A stretch of 35,110 bases of DNA from contig NKIB01000118.1 of NCBI GenBank assembly GCA_002256025.1, forward strand, positions 1 through 35,110. The letters run 5' to 3'. Every line of letters starts with the position of its first letter. Positions within the stretch are counted from its first letter, which is position 1. Source of the DNA: Asterionella formosa. Its lineage: Eukaryota. Shown piece by piece: positions 1 through 11,150 of this stretch. A program made the translations under genes and the position numbers. Under the pieces are notes generated by a model. That model was given only the letters and a program-made list of their open reading frames with translations, made no database searches and had not been told where the DNA came from.

Positions 1-35
1 AAGAAATTTACTTAGGTCCATTATAAGGGAAATCT

Positions 36-118
36 CTTCATTGTCCTGGGCCCCCCTTAAGTAAAATCAGTCAAATTCAGTCACGGCAGTGTACATTGGG
101 GGGTCCAGGACAATGAAG
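36..118. repeat. Small inverted repeat with 21-bp arms (possible mini-MITE or TE end)
   Basis: 36-56 CTTCATTGTCCTGGGCCCCCC is the reverse complement of 98-118 GGGGGGTCCAGGACAATGAAG with one mismatch; 41-bp spacer. Confidence 0.6.
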
Positions 119-204
119 TATACGGTATTGGTATACATACTCCACAATCATTTAGTTTACGGCAGACGAGGTAAGAATAGATGAATCTTGATGCATGAGG
201 AGGA

Positions 205-1416
205 TGTCAAGAATATTAGCCCGAGTCACAAGGATTGTGGACTCGATTGTAATCGAACGAGTCGAATATTGCATTGCCATCAATCAGCTGTCTAACGAGA
301 TCAAAATTGAAGATTTCTATGGAAATGTTAAGTGGAAACTCGAAGAGAGTCTTAGAACGACTTTGCGGGAAGCAAAGATGCATGGAAAGGAAACATTTAG
401 TTTAGCTTTTAATTTAATTTGAGTTTAGATTATCAACCAAGGAAACAGTGTGTTAGGGTTCCTGTATTTCAACCCTAAGGCAAAAATTAAAATATTGCTT
501 GGGGTTGCCGAAATTCCCTGGAATTAAGAATTTATAGGAGCTATTTTTGAATGACATGATTCCGTTTGAAATATTCAAATCAGTGGAAATTTGCGCGTAC
601 GTACATAGATTCCTTTTTGAATAGCTAAATATATATATATATAGATATTGTTGTGCATCACTGCATGTATATGTACCAACGATTATTTTTCTTAAATACG
701 ACCCGATGGCTTGGCAAATATTTGAAATTGCAATCAACGAGTGGTACCAGGTACCACACGTATGATTTCCAATGATGATAATCAACTGGTACCCGCACTG
801 GATATAGTGGAGACTGTAGAAAAGGCCGATTTTGTCGAATTTTTGGACAACAATAGCTCAACGTTGGCTGGGTCTGAAGCCGATTTAGAGACATTGGTAA
901 CCTTCAAATAGCATCAGTATATAACTTCTGGCGAGAAACTGCAGAAAGGAACATTTTTTTACTATGCTAAACAAAGTGATTTCCCCCGAAATTTCTAGTC
1001 TTTATAGCATAGTTAAAAAAAACAGAAGTTCCTTTCTGTAGTTTCTTGCCAGATCCTATATCCTGAAAATATATAGCGTTGACCTATACCCCTACTTTTG
1101 TCAATGACTGTATCTAAGCATATGGAAAGGGTGTATATTGGTGAAAGCTCCATTTAGTGATACACATTTGTGTTTTACTCGTAAGAAGTGTGTGTTTGAG
1201 TACTCTGACTCAATATTATTTTTTTAACCCTACCTCTAAACTAGGTTTGAAATGCAGGAACCTTAATTGACAGGAAGGTCATTAAGTCTATCTAGCAGGA
1301 AGGCTAGGAGCAGAGACAAGGGAGAAAGTAAGTGGTCCTAGGTAGTACTACGAGCACGTAAGAGTCTACGTGAAGAGAGACCCAGCCCGCGGGAAGGAGT
1401 ACGGACCATTTCAACA
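205..1416. mobile_element. Candidate solo LTR (~400 bp) interrupted by a MITE
   Basis: Starts TGTCAAG (205) and ends TTTCAACA (1416). Flanked by the direct repeat GGAGGA (199-204, 1417-1422). Removing the nested 456-1263 element leaves ~400 bp. Confidence 0.45.
456..1263. mobile_element. Non-autonomous TIR element, family H copy 1 (PIF/Harbinger/Tourist-like)
   Basis: TIR GGGTTCCTGTATTTCAACCCTA ... TAGGTTTGAAATGCAGGAACCT, flanked by TTA/TAA. Colinear with 7162-8141. Internal hairpin at 927-1053. No coding capacity. Confidence 0.8.
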
Positions 1417-1495
1417 GGAGGATACATACCTGTAGAGTTATCATCAGTGCGAGCTGATGTTTCTCTGTAGAAAGTACCACGTAACAGGTAAAGTA

Positions 1496-1599
1496 CCTGC
1501 AAGTTGCGGTAATTTTGCTGAAAAACTAAAGATTTAGCTATCTTTATCCCAGATTAAAATGTTACCGGTAGTTCAAGCAAAATGACCGCAACTTGCTGG
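1496..1599. mobile_element. MITE family K copy A (TA-flanked, Tc1/mariner-like ends)
   Basis: TA|CCTGCAAGTTGCGGTAATTTTGCT ... AGCAAAATGACCGCAACTTGCTGG|TA; ~24-bp TIR; core AAAGATTTAGCTATCTTTATCCCAGAT shared with copies B and C. Confidence 0.8.
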
Positions 1600-1760
1600 T
1601 ACCGGTACCAGGTACTATGTAGTCTACCGGTAGCTACCATGGTACCTGGTACCTCCAAGTTGCGGTAATTTGCTGAAACTAAAGATTTAGCTATCTTTAT
1701 CCCAGATTCAAATGTTTTTTAAGCAAAATGACCGAAACTTGCTGGTACCACCGGTACCGG
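1600..1760. repeat. (TA-CCWGG / GGTACC) degenerate palindromic array around MITE copies
   Basis: TACCGGTACCAGGTAC, GGTACCTGGTACC, TACCACCGGTACCGG. Confidence 0.75.
1652..1745. mobile_element. MITE family K copy B
   Basis: TA|CCTCCAAGTTGCGGTAATTTGCT ... AGCAAAATGACCGAAACTTGCTGG|TA; near-identical to 1496-1599. Confidence 0.8.
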
Positions 1761-1830
1761 CATTAAATTTCGGTTTATAAATATGCGTGATGCATCGGGG
1801 CAAAATATTTTCTTCATTAAGTTGGTCAGA

Positions 1831-2352
1831 ATGGATGTTAAGATATATCAGGCTCGAACTGCCTTCATTTTTAGTCTACTTTTCCTATCTCTTGCCATGA
1901 CCGTCAACGCCCTTACGAGCAAATTTCCCTCCCTCGTGCAGCCCATGGCAACATCGAAAGTCATGGGACTCTTCTTCGCAGCCTCATGGTGCCCGGATTG
2001 CACTGGTGTCACTCCTGTTGTAGATGAGGTTTTGAAAGGTTCGAATAGCAAGAATCTTTCAATAGTCTACGTATCATCTGACACTACTGAATCGCAAATG
2101 ATGAACTATGTTCCTAAAGGATGGATGACTGTGCCGTTTGGTCAAGTGGAGGAACGAACAGAACTCAAGCGTGAATTCGGTGCTTGTGCTGGCAAGGAAG
2201 CGGGGCCGCTGAGTATTTCACGCAAATTTGGGATTCCAACCTTGATCGTGGTTCAAAGTAACAGTGGCAAGGTATTGACAACGGATGGTGTCGATGATGT
2301 CATGAAGGACAAAGGTGGCGCTTTGCAAAAGTGGTTACAGATGATAGAATAG
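1831..2352 (+). CDS. Nucleoredoxin/tryparedoxin-like thioredoxin-fold protein (WCPDC active site) with N-terminal signal peptide; ORF open from 1783, Met 1831 preferred
   Basis: FFAASWCPDC, IVYVSSD, W..VPF and GIPTLIVV...G.VLT.DG motifs are typical of the nucleoredoxin/TryX subfamily. Hydrophobic FIFSLLFLSLAMTVNA leader. Confidence 0.85.
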   Translation: MDVKIYQARTAFIFSLLFLSLAMTVNALTSKFPSLVQPMATSKVMGLFFAASWCPDCTGVTPVVDEVLKGSNSKNLSIVYVSSDTTESQMMNYVPKGWMTVPFGQVEERTELKREFGACAGKEAGPLSISRKFGIPTLIVVQSNSGKVLTTDGVDDVMKDKGGALQKWLQMIE

Positions 2353-2726
2353 TGGCAAAGAAAAAATGAAAATGAGAGAAATACATACCGATATGTCGGA
2401 CTCCATCGTGGAGACTTGCGATTTAAATAAAATAATTAAACCCCAGTTATTTATCATTATGATATATGAAACATTTAAATAAATGTACATATGTTGGGTA
2501 TACCGGTATATATATGATTCATGTATAAGTGTGCCCTCCGTCCTATATACCGGCTGGAGCATCATAACATTTTTGTTCATATTCTGATGTAGCTGTCGTC
2601 AACACAGCTCTCTCCAAGCTCGTCGCCATTAAACCCATTCTCAATGATGCTTGTTCTACACTGCTCAATTCAGCAAGCACAAGTCACTTCAGTAACAACA
2701 AGGCATTCTATACCGACTGAATCACA

Positions 2727-5177
2727 ATGAAACGTCTATGTCTTCCCTTCCATAGCATGAGGATTGCGAAACGAATCATTTACAAGAACCGTTACTTCCC
2801 TTGTTCATATCACACATTACAATCCGAGACGTTATTTCATCGGCATCCAGGTACTCGAAGATTGGAAACCTCAATAATTAGTCCTATGTCGGACTCTGTA
2901 TCGACCCATTCACTTTCGCCAAAATACATGACCGACCTCGTGAAATCCGCCGAAGGAAGCTGGAACGATCAGGATTGGGACGCAGCTCTGCAGGGTGTTC
3001 AATTTTGGAAACTACATGAAGAATCTTCAGACTTGGTGTGGCACTTACTAGACCGGGCTTTTCAGGAAAATGGAGGGGGAAGACGATACAAGGCAATGTT
3101 AGGCGAGCTGCTTTCCATTTGGGGGGAAACTCCAGGTCAGAGTCCGGCAAATGAGGTATTGTCAAAACTACAGGACTTTCCACACCTGGCAAGTAAGCTT
3201 TACACAGATATTCACACCTTGACAAAAATTATTGACGCAGCGATCAAAAATGGAGAAGCTGATGCATATTTATTGGCGGAACATGTCATCGATATGTGTC
3301 CAAACATTGATCAAAAGTTTGCAGGTACTGCAATTAACGCTTTAGCAAAGAGTGGAGTCCCCGATGCGCCACAGCGAGCAGAATTCATGGTTGCAAAAAT
3401 GAAAAAGTCAGGTTTGCAACCCAACAGCATAACTATGAGCGCACTCATTGAGGTATGGGTTTGTAGTGGTCAGTCAGGAGCTGCTCAACGCGCTGAAGAA
3501 ATTCTTTTACAGGATCCTATTCCAGATGCTGGAATGTTTGGTTCTGTCCTCAAAGCGTGGCGTGATAATAGTGCAGATCGCTGCATCGAGTTTTTTTGGC
3601 GTTGGCAGAGGCTATCAGATAATGGTACAATCAAGGCCCACCCTACCAATGTTCACTATGGTACTGTAATAGACGCTTTTGCCAAGGAAGGCCGTGCACA
3701 AGAGGCGGAAAATGTCATGCAAGTCATGATGGACACCTATTCACGTACTAAAGACCCACAGCTGGCCCCGGATCGAATTCATTTCACCACGTTGATTAAT
3801 GCCAACAGGAACAATCCGGAAAGGGCCGAACAAATACTTAAGAGAATGCTTGTAATGGCAGAAAACCACCCGGCCTTGACTCCAAACAACATCACGTTCA
3901 ATGCAGTGTTAAAGGCATGGGCTAACCGAAGCAAATCATCCCCCTGCGCAGTCGAACGTGCCATGGCAGTTATGGATCAAATGAAACAATCGGGGATGGA
4001 ACCAGATACGACAACATACAATACCGTCTTGTCGTGTCTAGCCAACTCGCGAGGCGCCGACGCCCCTCGTAGGGCACAGGATATCATCAACACGATGCGG
4101 GTCACATCTGTCTCTCCCGACATTGTTACCTTCAACTCAGTGATCGATCTCCACGCAAAATCCAATGCACGGGATGCGCCCGAGCAAGTGGAAGCCCTTC
4201 TGAACGAGATGAGTGAATTCTGTGAACCAGATATAGTGACGTTCAATACTGCCATTTTAGCATGGTCAAGGAGTCGAAGAAGTGACGCAGTGTATCGAGC
4301 CGAAGAGTTGTTTCAGAAAATCAAGTCCCCAGACAAGTTTTCTTACAATGCGCTACTGGATACATATTCCCGGAATGGTAATACAGAAGAAGCGGAACAC
4401 CTTTTGAAGAAGCTTTGCCAAGATTCAATGGCCAATAAAGCCTCTTTTCGAACAATTATGAACTGCTGGGCAAAGAGCCGGCATCTGGACGCTGGATTTA
4501 AGGCTGAAGCTGCCTTTTGTCAAATGACAAAGAGGTTTGGCGAGCTCCGAAGTGAAGCCGTCAAGGACTATACTACGTTAGTGTCTGCATGGGCAAACAG
4601 TGGCAACCCCCAAGGAGCCACCAAGGCGAATGAATACTTGAACAAGCTGAAACTGATGGGTCTGTCACCAGATACCTCGTTCTACAGCGCAGTAATAAAT
4701 GCTAATGCGACCGTCGCCAGCAAGGACCCAGTGGCCATTCTTCGAGTTTTCGCCTTACTTGACGAAATGATGAAGTCAAAACAAGCTGCTCCCAATCTTA
4801 TAACATACAACTCAGTGCTGAAATGTTTGTCCCGGAGTAGTCTCATCGACAAGGCTAACAAGGCCTTGTCATTACTTAAGGCAATGGAGCGATCTGTCTC
4901 ACCTGATATTAGGACCTTGGACGAAGTTTTGGCAGCCTGTGCCTACTCGGATAAGAATTCCTCAACCGAGGCGCATCTCATTGCTTTTGAAGTCTTTCGA
5001 TGTGCCTGTGAGAGGTACCAACCGTCGGCACGTACATTTGGTCTATTCTTTCTAGCTGCTGTCGGCCACGAGAAGGAATTGAAATTCGCGTATCGCTTAT
5101 GTTGTGACATGGGATTTCAGAATGATCCGCAAGTGAGGAAGCATTTGGCAATGGTTGCTCCGCAGTTGATAAAATGA
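2727..5177 (+). CDS. Pentatricopeptide repeat (PPR) protein, probably organellar (mitochondrial-like presequence)
   Basis: 816-aa ORF with repeated ~35-aa units (PNNITFNAVLKAWA, PDTTTYNTVLSCLA, PDIVTFNSVIDLHAK, PDKFSYNALLDTYSR) and A..RAE.IL..M helices. N-terminus is Arg/Ser/His-rich and acid-poor. Confidence 0.93.
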   Translation: MKRLCLPFHSMRIAKRIIYKNRYFPCSYHTLQSETLFHRHPGTRRLETSIISPMSDSVSTHSLSPKYMTDLVKSAEGSWNDQDWDAALQGVQFWKLHEESSDLVWHLLDRAFQENGGGRRYKAMLGELLSIWGETPGQSPANEVLSKLQDFPHLASKLYTDIHTLTKIIDAAIKNGEADAYLLAEHVIDMCPNIDQKFAGTAINALAKSGVPDAPQRAEFMVAKMKKSGLQPNSITMSALIEVWVCSGQSGAAQRAEEILLQDPIPDAGMFGSVLKAWRDNSADRCIEFFWRWQRLSDNGTIKAHPTNVHYGTVIDAFAKEGRAQEAENVMQVMMDTYSRTKDPQLAPDRIHFTTLINANRNNPERAEQILKRMLVMAENHPALTPNNITFNAVLKAWANRSKSSPCAVERAMAVMDQMKQSGMEPDTTTYNTVLSCLANSRGADAPRRAQDIINTMRVTSVSPDIVTFNSVIDLHAKSNARDAPEQVEALLNEMSEFCEPDIVTFNTAILAWSRSRRSDAVYRAEELFQKIKSPDKFSYNALLDTYSRNGNTEEAEHLLKKLCQDSMANKASFRTIMNCWAKSRHLDAGFKAEAAFCQMTKRFGELRSEAVKDYTTLVSAWANSGNPQGATKANEYLNKLKLMGLSPDTSFYSAVINANATVASKDPVAILRVFALLDEMMKSKQAAPNLITYNSVLKCLSRSSLIDKANKALSLLKAMERSVSPDIRTLDEVLAACAYSDKNSSTEAHLIAFEVFRCACERYQPSARTFGLFFLAAVGHEKELKFAYRLCCDMGFQNDPQVRKHLAMVAPQLIK

Positions 5178-5244
5178 GTTGAAGACAAGGTACAATCTAG
5201 GGGTATCGTATTCTTCAAATCTCATAAGATCTTAAGAATTACCA

Positions 5245-5790
5245 TTAATCGTCGACAGGGCCAACCTGACCATTATTCCATGGAGATTCGGTTGCTTGAC
5301 GACGACCTACGAAATCATGTTGAATTTCTTCACGGTCACCAGGACTTCTAATGTCAACTTTGTCCCCATTAGTTGTATCTGTAGATGCTGCTGTCTTCGT
5401 TTTCTCTCGAGAACCATAGACGAAGGCAAGCCAAAACAAAGAGGCAACAACAAGTCCTCCTGTCGCGATTTTTATGTCTATCTTTGTCGCGGAGTTTAAC
5501 AAGAGGGTAGCAGTAAGGAGTCCAGCGCAGATCGTTGCCATCTTTGCCTCGTCTACATGCAGCACATCTCCTTCATGTAGTTCCTCCATACCACGAATGA
5601 TATTTCTCGTTTCATATTCCCTTTCTTTGTTGGTAGGAACAATCAAAACACGAGAACCATATCGCCGTACTTTTCGCATGTGCGTGAACGCCATTGGCAT
5701 TTGAAGCCAGCATATACAAATCAATAGAATCAGGGGGGTCCATGCAATATTAGCAAGTCTCCATGTCTTTCTCTGTACCGATCGGGCCAT
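5245..5790 (-). CDS. Hypothetical small membrane protein (signal peptide + AF motif, two TM helices; possibly plastid-targeted)
   Basis: 181-aa ORF convergent with the PPR gene. Hydrophobic leader ending PMA-F, basic transit-like segment, two hydrophobic helices (ATICAGLLTATLLL; IATGGLVVASLFWLAFVY). Confidence 0.7.
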   Translation of the reverse strand: MARSVQRKTWRLANIAWTPLILLICICWLQMPMAFTHMRKVRRYGSRVLIVPTNKEREYETRNIIRGMEELHEGDVLHVDEAKMATICAGLLTATLLLNSATKIDIKIATGGLVVASLFWLAFVYGSREKTKTAASTDTTNGDKVDIRSPGDREEIQHDFVGRRQATESPWNNGQVGPVDD

Positions 5791-6096
5791 GGTTGTTGCC
5801 GTCCCCTACACTTACGGCGATTGGAAACCACAGTCATTAATTATGCTTCAGAAAATTATTTGGAAATAGATTGACTGGTACATGCAGGTACACAGTATGT
5901 ATACCGTATGCATGTTGAGATGTTCCAGATCTCCTTGATAGTACTTACACATCTAGTGTCCATTACTACTAGTTCTCCACTAGCTAGTTTCTTCAACAAC
6001 ACTTTAATCTACTTTTAGATTTGCCTCTTTCAATGTTGTGATTACTTCAGATTACTTTTTCTATCAATCTTACCAAATTCTATCAATCCTGCCAAA

Positions 6097-6816
6097 TTAC
6101 TTGGTCTTACCAAATTGATCTTGTTTCACGAATTTTTCTTTCTTGGATTTGTTCTTCACCTCAATCCAGTCTTTCTCATTGGTCAATTTCATACGATTTG
6201 CAATTCCAATAGTCTCAGTCTTATCAGTTAATCTTGCATGTTGGACTTGCTCTGTAGGAATTGCTATTCCATTTACGAATCCCGCATAGATTTTCCTGAA
6301 CTGACCTTCTTGTTCCATGGAATTCCTCACCATGACTGTCGGTCATGCAGACTGTGCAGTCATTACAGTATTAGATATACTACTGTCTGCTAACAGTAGT
6401 CGTTTATCCTCAACATATGCATGCACATACGTAGTTCCCTGGTACTGGTACCATAGTGCTGCCTTGTTTGTCAATCTCTGGTGGTAAAATGCAATCCATG
6501 ATATTTACATGCGCAAGTACTACTATGCCCTCCTCTTGTTCTTGATTGGAATCATGTCTCTCCTCTCTTCATCTTGTTGTAGTTGTTGCAATGCAGTTGC
6601 ATCATCTGGATCCATCAGGGCGCGACCAAATTTTTCATAGCAATGGAAGCATGTTGTTTTGAAGTGAATATCTGCTTCTTCATGCAAATGACTGCAAAGA
6701 GCATGAATGCTCTACTACCCACATATAGGGCAGTTATGTGCAGTTGACCTTGGTAGGAGCTCCTTCACCAAGCATCTCTTTTGAGATGCACAAACTATTT
6801 CTTCATTGTCTGACAT
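6097..6816 (-). pseudogene. Disrupted ORF with N-terminal Cys/His (PHD/RING-like) finger, likely TE-derived
   Basis: Manual translation from ATG 6816: MSDNEEIVCASQKRCLVKELLPRSTAHNCPICG*/fs/SIHALCSHLHEEADIHFKTTCFHCYEKF; further stops downstream. Confidence 0.45.
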
Positions 6817-7161
6817 GATATTTTGATGTGGCAGTGGGTTGCTTCCATAGATTTATTGTTGATTGTTGTTGTTCTCAATTGATGTTCATAATTGGCTGAG
6901 TCGGAACCGGTATAGCTATTAACAGTAGCTAGCATGCATGTACTGTCAACATGAATCCTACAATGGTACAAAATTGAACGCTGTTTCTACATGTTTTTGG
7001 GAGAAAAGTCTCCCCAAAAAGCTACTGCTGACAGGGCCGCAGAAAATATATGTGTTAAAAGCTAGAGGGGAATAAACATCAGCGCGGAAAAAAGGGGAGA
7101 ATTTCTGACCCAAAAATGTAGGAGGATCTCCTACATTCTCCCCATTTTTCCATGCTTCTTA

Positions 7162-8141
7162 AGGTTCCTGTATTTCAACCCTAAGGCAAAACTTAAATTA
7201 TTGCTTCGGGTTGCCAAAATTCCATGGAACTAAGAATTTATATGAGTTATTTTTGAATGACATGATTCAATTTGAAATATTTAAATCAGTGGAAATTTGC
7301 ACGTACATGCGTACATAGATTCCTTTTCGGATCCGCTAAATATACATAGACATTGTAGAATGCTAAATGTATATATACCAACGATTATGTTCCTTATATC
7401 CAACCTGGCAGCTCGGCAAATATTTGAAAGTGCACTCAACAAGTTGCACACGTATGATGTCCAATGATGATCATCTACTGGTACCTGTAGTAGATATAGT
7501 ATCGGCCTGCCGGCAGTACACCCAAGAAAATGTTACATGTGTAGTATCCAATGTGGCCAGTGTGGGTTTGCAATTCCTAGCACAATCAAACGGAGGATCA
7601 GTACATATATAATACTGTGTGCACTTACAATGGAATTTTAGGTACAGGAAATTTTATGACCAGCATCACAAGACTCTGATTCAGATGATGACGTTTTGGC
7701 GCTAAGTGGTTCTGATTCCGATTTTTGGAGACCGTAAAAAATGCGGATTTTGTCGAATTTTCGGACGATGAAAGCTCAATGTTGCTTTGCTGGGTCTAAA
7801 GGCGATTTAAATACATACTAGGTAACCTTCAAATAGCATCAGTATATAACTTCTGCCGAAAAACTGCGGAAAGGAACTTCGGTTTTTTATTATGCCAAAT
7901 AAAGTGATTTCTCCCGAAATTTCCACTCTTAATAGCATAGAAAAAACTGTAAGTTCCTTTCTGAAGTATCTCGCCAGATCATGTGTCCTGACGCATATGG
8001 AAAGGGTGCCTATTGGTGAAAGCTCCATTTGGCGATATACATTTATGTTTTTTTCTTCGTAAAAAGTGTGTGTTTGATTACTCTGACTCAATATTATTTT
8101 TTCAACCCTACCTCTAAACTAGGGTTGAATTGCAGGAACCT
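7162..8141. mobile_element. Non-autonomous TIR element, family H copy 2
   Basis: TTA|AGGTTCCTGTATTTCAACCCTA ... TAGGGTTGAATTGCAGGAACCT|TTA, a perfect 3-bp TTA duplication. Colinear with 456-1263 plus an extra segment at ~7501-7726. Confidence 0.82.
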
Positions 8142-10644
8142 TTATTAAGCCAAAGATGCCAGTCAAAATTATCCACACACAGGAAACAAAAGTAACATGC
8201 ATTAGTAATTTTCGGTACGTTTTCAACCTGTTTTCATTCTCCAAATCCAGGCATACCTTGTATTGGAGATCAATATTTTTTCCAATAAACCAAGGTACAT
8301 CTACTACAACGCCAATTATTGGTACAGCCACCAGAAAAAATGGGTGGCCCGCTATGACAAATTGGGCTAAATACATAACTTAAGGGTGGTGCATCAAATA
8401 TTAATTGTGATGCATCATATAAGATATATGATAGGAGAGGGAGTACACTTTTTTTGCCAAATATAAAGGCAAGTTTAAGAATGACTGCTACAGTACTACA
8501 GCGCTGATCACAGATTTTAGTGGTACGTAAGCTAGTACAGGGACCTTTGGGACCCAATAGTTAATAATTCCTAAAAATGACCGATTCAACATGACAATAG
8601 GCGCTATCCAAGCGTCCAACCAGGCAAAGAAAGAACAAATCATACTTGTGGGACAGAACCATACAATGGTGATGAAATCAAACAAAAAGAGAATGCAGAA
8701 AGAGGAGGAGATGAAAAAGCAAACCTAGATTAATGCAGGAGCGGTGAAAAACAGCGATTGCATGCATGTCGATTTGGCGTTTTACACTAACACTATGCAA
8801 TGTTGGGGAATTCATGGCAATGGTATCAACACAACGCAAACAGAAGAAGAACCAGACAAAGACAGCAACACGAGAAAAGAAAAGAAGAAATTTAACCCTT
8901 TTTCACTACAGTGAAAAGAAGCAAGAGGAACACAAGAATGTCGATATGCTAAACATTAACAAGAATAAAGAAGAAGACAGACATCTAAGCCGCGTATTAC
9001 GTGAAGTAACCATCACGTAAATAAGCCTAGTTGATTTTGAATGGATCACATAAATTAGTTCAATAGTACATCAAAATGCTTACTTGAATATATCTTTATA
9101 TTATCTCAATACATCACGTTAATTATTTGATCAGAGTATCATGCATGCATTCCTGATCATCACTATATTACGTGATCACCTTCACATAAACATTCGAAAT
9201 ACTTCACGTAATTATTTGAAATACTTCAATTAATTCTGTAATTTAGTTCACATTGCCTTATAATTTTGTTCACGTAATTCTATAATATAGTCCACGTAAT
9301 GTATTAAATTTTTTTACGTAATTTAAAAGTACTATCAAATATGTTGATTACTAATTCAATTACGACCGGTAATTCACATCACATGGGAAACAGATCTCGA
9401 TATGCAATCAAACAAAGCAGTTCTTTCAGAATGGCATCTCAGTTTTGAGAAGTCAGGCATTATGAGACATCTGTAAGGACAATGCAAGACAAACCGAAGC
9501 CGTTCATTCTGAATCAAAAAATTATTCACTCTTGAACAGGCATCATTATACGAAGTTGCAATATGAATGCATCGCACTGGCTTCCTTCTTGTCCTTGAAA
9601 TGACTTGCTTTGTCATTGACCTGCAACGATTTACATAGCAACAGTGTGTCAGTAATTAATTTAATAGAACTAGCAACAGCATAAAGCAACACACACATGT
9701 GCTATTCAACTGTTTCACGGAGTGCAGTCAAATTGACAGCAAGACACCGGCATTAGCCACCAGGCAGCACCGCAACTAACTGATGCAATCAAAAGAATGC
9801 TCCTGTTTTGAAATGGATGGCTAAAATGTAAAATAAATGTAGAGAACAATAGCAAAAGCTTGTGATTTATCGCTCGCTTTGCTGTTGTGATGACAAAAAC
9901 TGAGGATTAAGCTTACCTTAGTAAAATCTTCCATTGCGGGTCGCCATATTGCATCATTTCACCTTCTATCACTCCAGCTTTCAAAAGAACACTCCTTTTC
10001 TGAAAAGTCCTGTTCAAATGTCAAATGAATGTTGAGAACAGCAACATATCACTATGAATCATCTCGCTTGGTGATATGATAGCAAAAATAGCAAGAAAAA
10101 ATATTACCTTAAAAGCATCCATTGCGGAGGACAATCTCAATGTTGCATCATCCCACCTTTTGTTGGTACAACAAACCATTTGTGAGTTGATAAAAGATTT
10201 GTTTATAGCAAGGTAGCTGAAAATCTGGAAGGGGGATGCTAGTTGTAAGGGTCGTCCCCATGTTGAAAATAAATTGTTCACAGTGGTGTTGAATGTTGGT
10301 GTTTTTATGAATTAAGAGGGTCAAAATCCTGGAGTAGCCATGACTTCCTCTTGTACCAACAGAACCTACAATCTACACGAAAAAGTCTTGCTAACAATTT
10401 CGTCGGGACAAATTTCTGAGGCTACAAGTGTGACTTGAACAAATATAAGAAAAGGGAGAGGACACAGCCAATAGTTACTCCTAATTGCACATGCACTGGA
10501 TGATCTACCATCAGCCTTGTCTACTATAGTAAAAAAACGCCTGGATTTTATATTGAAAATAATCAACTGATGAGTCAACCAATTCACTTGCATGATGAAA
10601 TTTTAATCTGTTGTGTATTCCTCAATTCTGTGTGATTTGTACAT

Positions 10645-11150
10645 TCAGAGCATTTTAGCAGCTGTGTGGCAACCCATCGGTCCCATGCTTGTTATGCCTG
10701 AAACGATCTCTTGGATCCCTTGAGTTTCATTGACTCCATATGACGGTTTTCTCCTTCTCAGTTCATCTTCTAGAATGGCTTCTGTTACTGATTTCACTCC
10801 ATCTGGCCCTAACCGGTTCCAGTCAAATACAGTTTGGTCACAGCGCACCCTCTCCTGATCCCATCAGCCAATGCCATGGCTCCTTCTTCCCGCATGTGAT
10901 TCCCTGCCAAGTAGAGCATATGCAAGGCAGATCCAATCAAAGCACGTGCCTATGATCTAATCCCATCAGCGCCGACTTGGTTGAATCAAAGATCCAACTA
11001 TCCCAAAGCGCGGTGTGCTGAAATCCCGACAGCCAAAATGTTAAAACATACCTTCGTTGCCCAAGTTGTTGTAACCTGGTTTGAGAATGGAAAGATTTGA
11101 ATTCTGCAGCAGGGCCACTTTGACTAAGCGTGCGTCCAATGACTGCAATC
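10645..11150 (-). pseudogene. Leucine-rich repeat (RI-like/NLRC3-type) gene fragment, disrupted
   Basis: Manual translation: LSILKPGYNNLGNEG/ILAVGISAHRALG*LDL*FNQVGADGIRS*ARALIGSALHMLYLAGNHMREEGAMALADGIRRGCAVTKLYLTG/NRLGPDGVKSVTEAIL. These are ~28-aa LxLxxNx(I/L)GxxG repeats with stops and frameshifts. Confidence 0.78.

Noticed and set aside
2884..4255. Antisense/alternate-frame ORFs within the PPR gene (likewise within the sigma, ankyrin and kinase genes)
   Set aside because: Shadow ORFs of real CDSs with no motifs.
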